A stretch of DNA of 64,000 nucleotides from Anolis carolinensis (taxonomy: Eukaryota). A program made the position numbers and the translations under genes. Shown piece after piece: positions 50,299 through 62,567 of the stretch; position 1 is the stretch's first letter; every line of letters begins with the position of its first letter. The notes under the pieces were generated by a model. That model was not told the origin of the DNA and did not search any database. It saw nothing but the letters and a program-made list of their open reading frames with translations. The DNA is taken from assembly GCF_035594765.1 (NCBI RefSeq), contig NC_085842.1, forward strand, positions 242,679,747 to 242,743,746, read 5' to 3'.

Positions 50299-51055
50299 TG
50301 TTGCACTCCAGTACTGGAACACCCTTTCACTCAACACACCAGAGTCCAGTACTCCAATAGAATAATGTTTATTAAAGAAAGGATATAAAAAAAGAAAAGG
50401 TAAAATACAAAAGAGTCAATAAAAGACATAAAATGCATTTTTCAAATGAAGCCAGAGTTCAGTAGCAGTAATTCAAAAATGCCAGGTTAAAACACAATAT
50501 AAAGGAATCCAAAAACATAACATTAAACCAAAGCTATTTCCAAGAATATGAAGACAGGAACTTCTTCAAAGTAATTTCTTCAAAGATACATAGGCATAAA
50601 CAGGAACATGAAACAGGAGCTTTGGTAATACATGAACCAAGAATTTGGAATCACAATCGGGAGATCAATCTCCTTTAGCAACGTTGTTTCCTCTGAAATT
50701 CCCGAAAGCAAACCACTTACTTTAAGCCCTCCAAGACACCCATGACATCATGCGAAACACAGTCTTGTCTCAAATCCTGTGAGAATATCTAGTTTGCCAG
50801 CTTTTCACACCCTGCGTTCTCAGGTCTAATCTGTTCTCCCTTGAAAACTCTTCATCTCCCCAAGGCCTTTTCTCAAGGGAACTGGCACTTTCATTTTTCC
50901 CTGTTGCCTGAGAATGAGCTGAAGAATCCAAAACATCAGCCTTATCTGCTTGCAATTCCCTCCAAACACTCACAGACTCTTAATTTTGGAACCTATTATC
51001 CCCCGCATCCTCTGAACATTCAGACAAATCCTCTGATGCTTGCCAGACTACAACA
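50299..51055 (-). mobile_element. Solo LTR, Gypsy-like, 757 bp
   Basis: Termini TGTTG and CAACA; 5-bp TSD atgaa at 50294-50298 and 51056-51060; minus-strand AATAAA near 50368. Confidence 0.88.
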
Positions 51056-51228
51056 ATGAAGCACATTTGGGTGTGCATTGGTTTGGGCATTAGGTTGCAC
51101 TTTGGGTGTCTTAGTTTACTCATGCAACACTATCATTCAACACAAGGTGTGGGTAGTTAAATGTGTAACTCTCCAAATTCTGTGCAGGCTTGTAGGATCC
51201 TAGCTATATAGTGAGGGATACATTAATG

Positions 51229-51363
51229 CAGTGTTCTCCAATCTCTGCACCTCCAGATGTTTTGGACTTCAGCTCCCACAATTCCTCACAGCTAGTAAGC
51301 TGGCTGGGATTTCTGGGAGCTGAAATCCAAAACACCTGGAGGAGCAGTGTTTGAGAAACACTG
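51229..51363. mobile_element. hAT (MER5-like) palindromic MITE
   Basis: TIRs cagtgttctccaa and tttgagaaacactg; internal symmetry like 32149-32281. Confidence 0.8.
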
Positions 51364-53645
51364 CCTTCAGGGAACTGAAAAATAACAACTTAAAATCAAC
51401 AGAAAGTGTGAAAATTATAGATTAGCTTGTATTGTTGTATGTGTCGGATATGTTTAATGGGGGTTGTGTGAAGTTCTGGTGGTTAGGATGATTGTCTTAG
51501 ACTGAATTTATTAGTTGTTATAGATTAGTGTTTTATATTAATGAAAAAATATTTGTCTTTAGGGGGATATTGTCCTTTTGTTTAGTGTAATGTGTTTGTA
51601 TGGTTGTAGGTTTGTTTGTATGGTTGTAGGTTTGTTCCTTTGATTAAAATTAATAAATAAATAGTGCATCAAAGGTAATGGCTTCATAGGCACCTGCTCA
51701 AAATTAATTAATGTTACGCTTTCACTATTATTGACATTCTTTCTTATGGGCCACCCAAACAAACAAACTTTAGTGTCTTCTCCATTTGGCTCCCTTACCT
51801 TTACCTAAATTCTATCCTGAGAACATTTTATTCTATTCTAGATTGCAGAAAATATTGCCCTTCATTTGATCTCAGATACTTTGGTGTGGGGGTGGGCTTC
51901 CAGATTTTTTTACAATTCTGATCAGCACATTTCTGCTATCATTGTAATGTAGAAAAGGATCTCATAACACAGAGAAAGTAGATCTCTTGGTGGCACACCA
52001 AGATGTGTGTGTGAATTGCCTCTCCAGATATCCTTTGTCTCCAAATTATTTTTCTTGTTTTTTTCTCTTTCCAATAAGCAGGTTGTATAATGCATAATAT
52101 TTTGGCCATACACCCATTTCACTTCTCATCATTTATAATTGGTAGTTACTTGACATGGAAAAGAGATTTCTACTTATTGTATTCCATGAGATGGTAATAA
52201 TGCTATGTAGCCTAAAGCAATGGAAGGAACAAATTCATCAATCTTCTCATTTCTGACTCCCATCCCTTAACTACACCCAATAGTTCAAATCTGAATTGTT
52301 AGAGGAGGCATTTTTTTACTTTGCCCTATGACGATAAAATAATATTCTCCTCCTTATCATGACTGTCTGCAATTCTTAGACCTTAAATAATCATGGAAGT
52401 TGAACATTTGTTTGGAAGTTCTCCAGTATCAAATGCAAACGCCAATATTTTAAATGCAAAAACCCTTTTTCAAAGGTTTGAAATCATTTTTATTTAAGAG
52501 CTCAGATTATAATGACTGTTGTCCATCAACCTGGAATGACTTTCTTGCCAGGGATCTTTATTGTTTCTTTCTTATTACATGGTATAACCATTCTTTGGTA
52601 CTCATTTCCTGTAGAAGATTACTTTTCAGTATCAAGCTTCGCAAAAGGGCCTTTTTCTCAAGCCAAGCTCTGCAAACCTGTATAGCAGTACAGTGGGGCA
52701 AATTTCCAGTTACTGCCGACTGCACTGAAAAAATATGGTGTCTGCTGCAGCTCTTCTTTCTTTTCATATTTACTGCTGTTTATGATCACAAGCTGTACTT
52801 ACCTAAAGAATCATCAAGGGCTGTTTGCAATGAAACACAAAACCAAGAAAAACTTGGCTGGTTTGGGGTTTCATTTACAAAATCAAATTGCAGTCAGGTT
52901 TCTTCCCCCTCAAAGGTTTGCAGCCCCTTTGGAGTAAGCATCAGCCCAGTTCTGAGTGAACTTGAGCAGATTTATGGATTTTACACTGAAACAAGAGATG
53001 GCTTAAATAAACACCCGGGTTTCTTTCAAAGAATCTGGATCCATAATGGGCTGAGAGGGACTGTAGTAAATTACAAGAAAGGGACTTAACCAGATATTAG
53101 CTTCATATTTGATAGCATAGCTATCACACAAGCTATTCTTGTAACACCTCAGCACAAAAAAGCAGAAATCAAAGTGAGCCTAGAAAGAATGTAATACTGG
53201 AGCACTAGCAGGCCTTGCTCAGGCAAACAGAAGAAAGAAGGGGCAGTAAAACTGTTTCTGCACTAGCCCATTTTAGATTGTTGGTTGCCCAAGGAGGAAA
53301 GAAAAACCCTCACGGCTCCTATAAAACAGGCATATCACCAGGTGAGAAATATATAGTAAAGCCTTTGCCCTGGCATGTTTTTCTTCTGCATGAAATATTT
53401 CATACAGAACAATCATGCAATCTTCCATCTGCAGCCAGAAGTGGAAAGTGTCATACTTGCTGTTGCCAACATCACCATCATCTTTATTATTTTAATTATT
53501 CCATGCTTTTTTTCCTGGAAATGGGACCCAAAGCTACTAACAACTTAAAAACCAGTACAAATTAAAAACATATAAAATACTAAAATAAAATTCAACCAAT
53601 TCAGTGATTAAAACAATTGGTATTGTTCCATTATCCAGGTGGAGG

Positions 53646-53661
53646 CCACTAGGGGGTGCTG
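53646..53661 (+). promoter_or_regulatory. CTCF-like motif
   Basis: CCACTAGGGGGTGCTG versus consensus CCACYAGRKGGCRC. Confidence 0.5.
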
Positions 53662-53871
53662 TAGAGAGAAGGATAGTCCATTTTACAGGGAGGGAGTTGA
53701 AGGAGGAAAACCATTTCCCCCATTTTCGCTGGTTATTCCCCTTCTCCACTTCCCTTATCATAAACAAGGGTTGATTACATAACGGGAACATGGGTGGGAG
53801 GAATAACAGGAAAACAGGGGAAATGTTCAACCCACCCTCCATCCCCATAAAATGGACTATTCTTCTCTCTT

Positions 53872-53887
53872 TAGTGCCCCCTAATGG
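53872..53887 (-). promoter_or_regulatory. CTCF-like motif
   Basis: Reverse complement CCATTAGGGGGCACTA. Confidence 0.45.
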
Positions 53888-54780
53888 TCTCCACCCAGAT
53901 AATGAAATAACATCGAACAATTTAATTAAAATATATTGATAAAATAAACTTTAAAAGCTATTAAAACCAGTTCAACTAAAACAACGCAGTGCCCTCTAGT
54001 CCATTTGTTTCAAAAATCTATCTGAATAAGAAGGTTTTAGCCTGCATTGCTGCCTTGAAGCAAAGCTTAAGAAGATTCCTTTTCAGGACAACGATTCACA
54101 CGAGAGAATTCTATGAACTGTAATATAAAAAAGTAACATTATCAAGCTTTACTTAAGAGTGAAAATATGTCAAATAAATGTTACTTAACAATATGGAGTT
54201 GTGGGATTCAAAAGAGATTTTACAATGGCTTTAACCCAGATAGGATTGATACCAGCATTAGGCAGAATGAGGCAGGAACTCCAGTGGCTCCTCTCTCCCT
54301 CCCTCCCTCTTTCTCTTTGCGTGTCAAATGTTTCCCCGGTATGGTTTTGTATCTTCCCATTGGGCTGATATCCAAAAGGGACCCCATCTGTTGCCAGTAC
54401 TTCACATAACGAAGCTGATGAATTGCCACCCTTTTCCTTCCTCTCCACCAGTAAGCAGGAGAAGAACCACCTGGACACTACAGAAGCAAGGTCCCTTTTA
54501 AATAATGCTATTAAACACTATTAAAATACATATAACAAAATGCACACAAGACCAATATCAATAAAATGCAGGTTAAAATTCACAGTTTAAAATTGATTGG
54601 GTAGGTCTGATGGAAGAAAGAGTTTTTCAGTTGTGTCTTAAATTCAGACAACTGATTTAGCTGTCAAACCTCTTCTAGCAAGTTAATCCACAGTCTTGGG
54701 GAAGCCAATGAAAAGGTCCTCCTGGTGACGTTCACCAGTTAGGTTCTGGCTATTTTGAGTGGACAAGAGAACCTAAATGT

Positions 54781-54932
54781 AAAGGTAAAGTTTTCCCCTT
54801 GACTTAAGTCTAGACTTAAGTCTAGTCATGTCCGACTCTGGGGTTGGTGCTCATCTCCATTTCTAAACCGAAGAGCCAGTGTTGTCCGTAGATGCCTCCA
54901 AGGTTATGTGGCTGTCATGACTGCACGTGGCA
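54781..54932 (-). mobile_element. 5'-truncated Sauria SINE inside an L2 remnant (about 54480-54955)
   Basis: aaaggtaaag tail; degenerate TSD caagagaacctaaatgt/caagaggacctatgtgt. Confidence 0.88.
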
Positions 54933-54951
54933 CTAGCCCAAGAGGACCTAT

Positions 54952-55090
54952 GTGTCCCTTATTTGTGGGCTGGAAAGCTTGTCCCTTATAGGGCTGGGAC
55001 ATGTCCCTTATTATAAGGGATGTACCTTATTTAAGGGTTGCCAGATGTCCACTATTATAAGGGATGTTCTTTATTATAGGGTTGGTACAC
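54952..55090. repeat. Degenerate minisatellite of tgtcccttattataaggg-like units
   Basis: About seven imperfect units of roughly 20 bp. Confidence 0.7.
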
Positions 55091-55564
55091 TTTTCCTTTT
55101 ACATATATAGCCTGGCCAAAATGCCAAACCAAAATACCCTTCATAAAGGCATTAGTATATACATCATATAGTTTATGAATGCGGGTAATATGTTAATTTA
55201 ATAGAGAAATACATGGCTAAGTTGATTGAAATTGATATCTCCTTTGAGATTTAGATGGAACACTAACTTCTTAATGATTGCTTTCTAATCACCAGCCCAA
55301 CATGTCATGAATTCTATCTGCCCCTTATTGCTATTTAGAAAAGCTGGCAGCACTACTTCAAGCAATAGTGGGACACACTGGAAGGCCTCTGTTGCTGCCT
55401 ACATAAGGGAAGAGCTGTCCCTCCAGACATATTGGTCCAAAACCATTTGGTCCCAAGTTTCTGTTATTCAGTGTTTTTCATCACTGTGAAATTCTGTCAT
55501 AGAACTGCCTATGGAAATACTCGGATTGGTCATGGAGTAGACAAATGACAAAGATAGTTGATAC

Positions 55565-55720
55565 NNNNNNNNNNNNNNNNNNNNNNNNNNNNNNNNNNNN
55601 NNNNNNNNNNNNNNNNNNNNNNNNNNNNNNNNNNNNNNNNNNNNNNNNNNNNNNNNNNNNNNNNNNNNNNNNNNNNNNNNNNNNNNNNNNNNNNNNNNNN
55701 NNNNNNNNNNNNNNNNNNNN
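55565..55720. other. Assembly gap (156 N)
   Basis: Run of n. Confidence 1.
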
Positions 55721-56405
55721 GAGCATGTTTTATGAAGTCTCTCATGTCACCCAACCACCCCTTGTTAACATATGGTTTCCTAAATGTAGATGTTCATCAG
55801 CTTGACTTTCTTTAAAGCTACTAGTAAAACATGTCTAAATATGAAACAGATGCCCAAGTGCACTTTGGGATAAATGTATTATAGAGACAAAACCATCCCT
55901 CGTCTCCTCAATATTGTGTTCAAATGTAGCTAGTTTAAAGTAAAGAAGAAGAAAAAGATTGGGCATATGGCGTACACCTGCTTCCTGGTTGCGGCACAGT
56001 TCAAACTACTTTGTGCATTTAGTTTCTTGTTTGTGTTTCCTTCCCACCATCTGTAAACTGTGTGGCGTCAGTAAATTCTTACCAAGGTAAACTTTTGGAC
56101 ATTTAAAAAAACAATTTGTAAAATCTGAGGTTTTATTGGTTGTTTCGAATCCCCCCCCCCCATTTATACACTGTTGTACACTGGAAAAGCTGTAACCTGA
56201 GGTGAACAAATGTTCTCATTTCCAAAATCAAACATTTACTATCTTAAATGAGATTTCCAGATCTATTATATACTGCACTACCTAAATGCAGGCATGTTTA
56301 TCATTAGTAAATGGGGTTTTGATTTGTAACTGAATGTGCTACATCTCAGCACTTTTGAGCCATTACTACAGTACACCTATTTCCATCAAGAGCACTTCTG
56401 GTGTA

Positions 56406-56512
56406 CAGGCAGTCTCCAAGTTACGAATAAGATAGGTTCTGCAGGTTTGTTCTTAAGTTGAATTTGTATGTAAGTCAGAACAAGTACATCTTTAAGTGTA
56501 ACTCCAGCCATT

Positions 56513-56570
<58 letters not shown>

Positions 56571-56863
56571 CAGACAGATAGTTGGTGTGGATAACATAGG
56601 GAAAGATTAGCCCTGTAACATTTGTTTTGCTACCTGTGCCCCAATTCAGAAGATTTCACCTCACTTTCTGTCCCTGCGGTAATTGGATTTTGAAAAATTT
56701 GGCTTGTTGTGGAAACAAGGATTGGTGATAAAGCTTCAGTGGAGACACCTTTAACCCGTGATAATTCTTTTAAAAGTGAATTTACCTTCCTAGGGGTAGA
56801 TTTCTTTCACTTTCTGTTGTCTCACCTCCATAAGTTGGATAGCTGTAACCCGGGGATTGCCTG
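56406..56863. mobile_element. Tigger/MER44-like MITE with internal (GATA)n at 56512-56581
   Basis: TIRs caggcagtctccaagttac and gtaacccggggattgcctg; TA TSD. Confidence 0.88.
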
Positions 56864-57567
56864 TACTTGCAATTAATTCATATGAGCCTATTATGGTGTT
56901 CAGTATCCATAGGTACTAAAAATTGAAGGGACTAGGAGCCATGTGCAGGTCAGCCCACTCACAAGCCACATTGTTCCACTCCCACAGAAACATTTGAGGT
57001 CCCCCATCACTGCCATTTATAGTGCACCACCACAGATTCGTCTTATGTTTCTGTACTCTCCCTACATACAGTCTTCCCTACTAGAACATCCTGTCTTGAA
57101 AGGATTCCCAAGGGTAACAAAAGTGGCAGAGTTCTGTCTTGTTTTAGAGACTGACAGCTTATCAACTTCTAACACTCCAGATAACAAACACTATGCATCA
57201 ATCTGAATAGGGATTACATTACTAGATTTACACACATATGGATCCTTTATATGGGATTATTTTTATTAATTAAATCCCACCTTGAGATCTGCTTGATACT
57301 TAAACAAGCAAACAAAGCCAGGTCAGTATTTCTCTTCATTTGGAGGAAGTCTAACTGACACTAGTCATGTGTGTGGCAAAGCTTGAAAGTTACTTTTTCA
57401 AAGAACGGTTTCTGCAATTTGATATAAGATCTAAATAACTAATTACTACCTATATTAGTCGCCATTAGGAATTTGCTGAATTGTTCATTGCCTGAAATTT
57501 GGGGAAGAATTCTTTATCTCTCAAGAACACATTTCTAGCTTTCCAAATGTAACAAAGGAATGAAATA

Positions 57568-57761
57568 CAGCAGGTCCTTGATGTCCACTAGGGTTTTATT
57601 CCAGGACCCTTTGTGAATATAAAAATCCATGGATGCCCCAATCCTATTATTTAGAGTGTCGAAGTAAAATGATTTCTCTTTTTTAAAAAGAGAGAAAAAT
57701 GAAAGTTTGCTTTGAGGATTTAAAAAAATATTTTCAAGCCACAGATATGGAGTACCAACTG
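57568..57761. mobile_element. Tigger/MER2-like MITE
   Basis: ta-cag...ctg-ta ends; ttccaggaccc...aaaatccatggatgc core. Confidence 0.6.
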
Positions 57762-59886
57762 TAAATAAAAAATAATGAATAAACATTACCTGTTGTTTTA
57801 AAAAAAAGTACCATTATTGTAACATTTGCAGGTAACATCATTGCTGATGTTATTTCCAGGCTCCGGTAGGTAGATGATACAAATATTGGTGAGAAGACAA
57901 ATGTTGTTTATCTGTTCTTAATCTTTCGAGTATTTAGTTTGTGCACACACTACTTATCTGAATAGGAATACTGGTGTTCATGACAGATGTGTTGGGACAA
58001 AGTGAACTTTAAGTGAGAATTAACTTTTGAATAAACAATCAAGCAAATTGAGAAAGGCAACAATTCTCTCCTTGCTCATTTGATCCTTTATTGTAATACA
58101 AAGTCCACAAATATTTGTTAGGAAACTTTAAAGGGGATGGGAGAACTCAAGACACCAACTTTTTGCTTTGTTCTGACTCAGATTAGCGTCACCAAATGTA
58201 CATTTGATATTTATTTCAGAAACATTATCTTCCACAAAGACTTCTAAAGTGGTACACAATAAATCAACTAAAATGGCACAGAAAAGGCACCGCAACTCAA
58301 ATTAAGAACAGCAACACTCATACATGAGAAACGTTTTACTACAAAAATTAGTGAAAAATACCAAAAGTTGCAAGAACTGAATAACATGAGAGCTAATTCC
58401 AGGAAGCACATTGAGAAGGGAATATTTTTGGCTGTCTGCAGAATATGTCTTTGGAGCTGCCCAAAATAAAATCCTACAGTGTTTATGGTTCAGGAGCTAT
58501 GGCTGAGAAAGCTCTAATTCTTCTGTAGACCAATTGGACAAAGCTGAGATCTTAACTTGACGTTTAGCCGTATTTCACAGATATGGCTGAGGAACATCAA
58601 GATGGCAAAAATTATTGATGTGAAAGAACACATAAGTTAGAAGATGCTGCAACAGTATATTTTGCCTGAGCCTACAAGCAAGGTCGAGATTTAGCCCTTA
58701 CTCTCCTCTCTCCATTCTTGAATCAATTGAATGGAAATTACCTTGACAGTTCAAACTCAGTGTATGGTAAATAAGGTATACTGAAAATAAAGGGGGAAAG
58801 TGTAAAAGGAGAGAGAAACTGGAACACTGAAAAAGTGGGATGATACTGGATAAATCAGGCCTGTCCCTGTCAAATAAAGGGAATGAAGGGATGTTGTTTT
58901 CCCCTTCCATCATATTTGCTCCTACCTATAAAGTAAGTTAGATTGAAAGATTGTGATTAGCTTGAGATCACAAAAGATCACACAATGAATTTGAATCTGA
59001 GCCTTGTAGGGTCCCAATCCAGTCCTTTAACTAGTATATCATCCTCATGCTCTAACTGTTTCTAAGTAGAATTATTCAGAACGGTAGTCACAATGTTTAC
59101 ATTTGTTGGCATCTCCTCCCAGAGCTTCTCTCTCTATGAAGTCTCTCTGGAAATTTAGTCGGAGATTTTTGCTCCTGCAGAGTAGGGAACATGCTGACAG
59201 AGTTAAGCACAGAGAGGTTTCAGTCCCGACTACAATGTCTGGGCATTATTGTAATCCTACAAACTAGCCATTAATTTTGATATTGATACCTTGTTTATAA
59301 CCATTTTTTGAGTAGGGCATGAGTCCAAAGGAACACTAGAAAATTCTTGGACTAAATGGCACTTGGGCAACCACAACAGTCAGCAAATTTGATTTCGTTC
59401 TGCAAGCTATGCATATGTTCTTTAATTTCATGCTCCACAATGGAACACAAATGCATACTGAATTACAATAGAGCCCCTATGTGTTATAGTATATCCATAA
59501 CAGAATTAGACTTCAAGTATTCAGCATGGCAAGTGTGACCAATACATACAAAAGGGAAATTAATGTGGAAACTTAGCACAGGAAGCAATGCTGTGAATTT
59601 CAACAAATCCTTTAGAAAGTGACTTGCTGCACCAGAAAGCAACTGTTTACAAGGGGTGTCCTGGCCCCAAGGCTCACAGCAGAACATTGTGCTTTATGTG
59701 CATATTTAAGAGTGATGCACCTGCGCAATATCCAAGATTGCTAAACTCTTTTTCCACTGTTAACTTTTCTGATCATAGCATATGCATTTAAGTGCAAGAA
59801 AGGCCAGTTGTACAAAGAGCCTGAGAAAGAACTTTATTGTGCAAAGCTGCTATTCCATGGCACAATCATGGATAGCAATGGCATAC

Positions 59887-60291
59887 AAACTCTTCACGTG
59901 GACTGTGCATGCTGGACAGCTCGTGGTTCCACGCGCCCCCCCCTCCTTTCTCTCATCACATAGAGAGAATGGGAGAGGGTGCTTTGGTACCCTTTCCTTC
60001 CCCTTATCAGATGACAGAAAGAGTGGCAACGCACGTTGCCCTGTTGCCCCTTCCGCCATCACAGGGCAAAAAGGGGAGTAAAGTGCGGCTAGCTCCATCA
60101 GAGCTACCCAAACAATACTCGTACTTTCCTCCCCATAGTGGAGGAGCACGCACCTTTTGGCACTTCTCCTCCACTTTGGCAGGAATGTGGGCAGGGCCTG
60201 TCATGCGTTGTGTGATGGCACATGGCAGGCCCCACCTTTGCCAAGATTAAAAGTGACAAAATGGGGCAAAAATGCTCCATGTGAAGAGGTT
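59887..60291. mobile_element. Old MITE with multiple internal hairpins
   Basis: TIRs aaactcttcacgtgga and tccatgtgaagaggtt. Confidence 0.55.
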
Positions 60292-60659
60292 CCCACTAGC
60301 GTGAGTACCCTTGTCATCATCTCTGCACCACTGCTCCAATTTGCTGAACTGTGGTCCCAATACAATATTTACACATAAGTGGGAACTCATTGCACAAGCA
60401 AAGGGAAACAGAGGGAATGGAGGCAGCTGAGCCCAGATTCCCTTGGCTTTCACAATGTGCAAAACAAGCAGATGTACCAAAGAACAGAAGGCCAGTCTTA
60501 TCCTTCTTCTTTAATACTATTGGCTAGAATAACCTGCACTGGAAGGGAAATAAAAGCATTGTGTACAAGTTGCTCTGTTTTTGCATCTATCCAAGTACAC
60601 AATCAGCATGATGGAACTAGATAACTGTTTTCCATGGATTTCATATAGAGTCATATTAT

Positions 60660-60850
60660 ATTATATCTCCTGCATGTCATCTTGGGTCCCATCTCCAAGT
60701 TATATCCCATATCTTCTGCTCTCTATCCTTAGGTTCTGTCTCCAAGATATATCCCATATCTCCTGCTCTTGAGTCCCATATCCAAGATATATCCCATATC
60801 TCCTGCTCTCCATCTTAGGTCTCATCTCCAAGATATATCCCATATGTATA
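60660..60850. repeat. Minisatellite, about 40-47-bp unit, about 4 copies
   Basis: Repeated tccaagatatatcccatatctcctgctct. Confidence 0.85.
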
Positions 60851-60982
60851 TCTTTTTAAAATGCTTATTTATGTTTTATATCTGTGTCTTTGATCGTTAT
60901 TGACTTTGTACTGTATTTTTAACATGTTGGAAACCGCTTTGGGTCCCTTTGTGGGAGAAAAGCAAAATGTAAATAAAGATGT

Positions 60983-60984
<2 letters not shown>

Positions 60985-61030
<46 letters not shown>
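60985..61030. repeat. (AAT)n tail of a short L2-type 3' end (about 60855-60985)
   Basis: aaccgctttgggtccc...aaatgtaaataaa followed by an aat run. Confidence 0.85.
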
Positions 61031-62084
61031 TGTAAAATAGTCATTTGGCATGGCAGGCTTGAAACTAATGAAATGTATATATGAGCTGTGTACATGCTCC
61101 AGAGTTCACTGGTTGGATTATACACTTGGATAGATGGATAAACAGCAATGTGTACACAATGCTTCCATATTGTCCAGCTTCCTTCTATGAATATGTTATT
61201 TCTTTGAAACTATACTTTTATATACAGTTCTGCATGAATTTTATATAGAATTAATTTCATATAGAGTTAATTGTACAATAGGCCTTTGACATAGCATGTT
61301 TGAAACTGTAATGAAATCTATACATGATATGTGTAAATAAGTAATAGAGGTTACACTAGGCTGGTGAATCCCCTTAGTTTGGGGCAGAAGGAAATCTTCT
61401 GGATAGAATTTGAGCTGTTTTCTGGTTTTGAAAGAGTTTAAGAGTTTAACATGCAGAATTATGTTAAGTGACGCTTTACCTTCTTTTACAGCAATAAACC
61501 TTATACTTTCATGATTTAAACTACACAAAAAACTCTTTCCATAAGTAAAATGCTTCATTCAAAGCTTCCTCTGGGCTCATGTTTCAGACATCCCTGTTTC
61601 AGGCTTCTGTATGGAGAAGGACTTGATGGCTGACAGACAAAATACCTTAATGCACTTCAAATGAAGCCATATATCAGCAGCCCAGGAGCCAGCCTTGTAA
61701 GGGAAAATTAGATACTTTGGTGGTGCTTATATACACCTTTGCCAAGAAAAAAAAAACCGAGGGGGGGGGGGGGTCTTTCCATTGTTTGCAAGCAGTGAAT
61801 GAGAAGTGAGAAGCTGCTGGCTGCACTAGTCTGCTTATCAAACAAAGGTTAAGTCTGTTGGGAAAAAGTTTGCTGTGAAGCTGAAATCCAGAAAAAAAAT
61901 TTGATTGAATGCTGTTTGTATTATAGGGATTGGGAAACTGCCCCATAGGCCACATACACTGCCCTAGGGGCATATTGCTGCCTCCTAGGCTTGAGGGCAT
62001 TTTAATCAGTACAGACAGCACTCACATTAGCCCTGAGAAAAGGCAAAATAAAAGTAACACCAAAGTCCCAGGCAAAAGAAATTG

Positions 62085-62320
62085 GAGCCCCCATCTACAC
62101 TATGCAGTTTCAAACTGATGTTGAAGAATGGTTTTGTTGTGTAGATTATTACATAGGAAATCCCAGAACCAATGTGAAGCTAGATGGTGATTACACGTAC
62201 TACAGAGTACTAGTCCACATGAAAGATTTTCTTCTGTGCACTTTTGTGGGAGTTTGTTGTCTGGACACTGCAGTTTGAAACTAGCTTCAAACTGCATTAA
62301 ATGGTCAGTGTAGATAGAGC
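62085..62320. mobile_element. Harbinger-like MITE
   Basis: TIR-like ccatctacact and agtgtagat; gcagtttcaaact/gcagtttgaaact subterminal motifs. Confidence 0.55.
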
Positions 62321-62523
62321 CTGGAAGTACAAACCAAAAGTTTTTAGTGATTTCATTTTCATGTTACGGCCTTCCAAATGTGAAAATTGCCCTCCCTACC
62401 CACTGCAGCTCCTATCTGTTGTCAATGTTGTGTATTATTCTTATGGCATTTTATATGCCAACCTAAGCTTTTATCACCTTGCTCTATCCCAGAAATCTTT
62501 CTTGTCCTTCTCTCTACCTGTCT

Positions 62524-62527
<4 letters not shown>

Positions 62528-62564
<37 letters not shown>
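62528..62564. repeat. (CT)n microsatellite
   Basis: Directly visible. Confidence 0.95.

Positions 62565-62567
<3 letters not shown>

Larger units (their letters stand above)
53619..53914. mobile_element. Fully palindromic (foldback/MITE) DNA element; superfamily undetermined
   Basis: Arms are reverse-complementary over nearly the whole length; 8-bp TSD aaacaatt/gaacaatt. Confidence 0.85.
53485..54050 (-). mobile_element. L2-type 3' end hosting the palindromic element
   Basis: tttcctggaaatgggacccaaagc terminus, A-rich UTR and aagaaggttttagcctgc ORF end. Confidence 0.55.

Noticed and set aside
52454-53089. Longest ORF in the window (211 aa)
   Set aside because: Phe/Leu/Cys/Ser-rich composition typical of AT-rich non-coding DNA; no recognisable domain or convincing splice context. 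A BLASTP or RNA-seq check would settle it.
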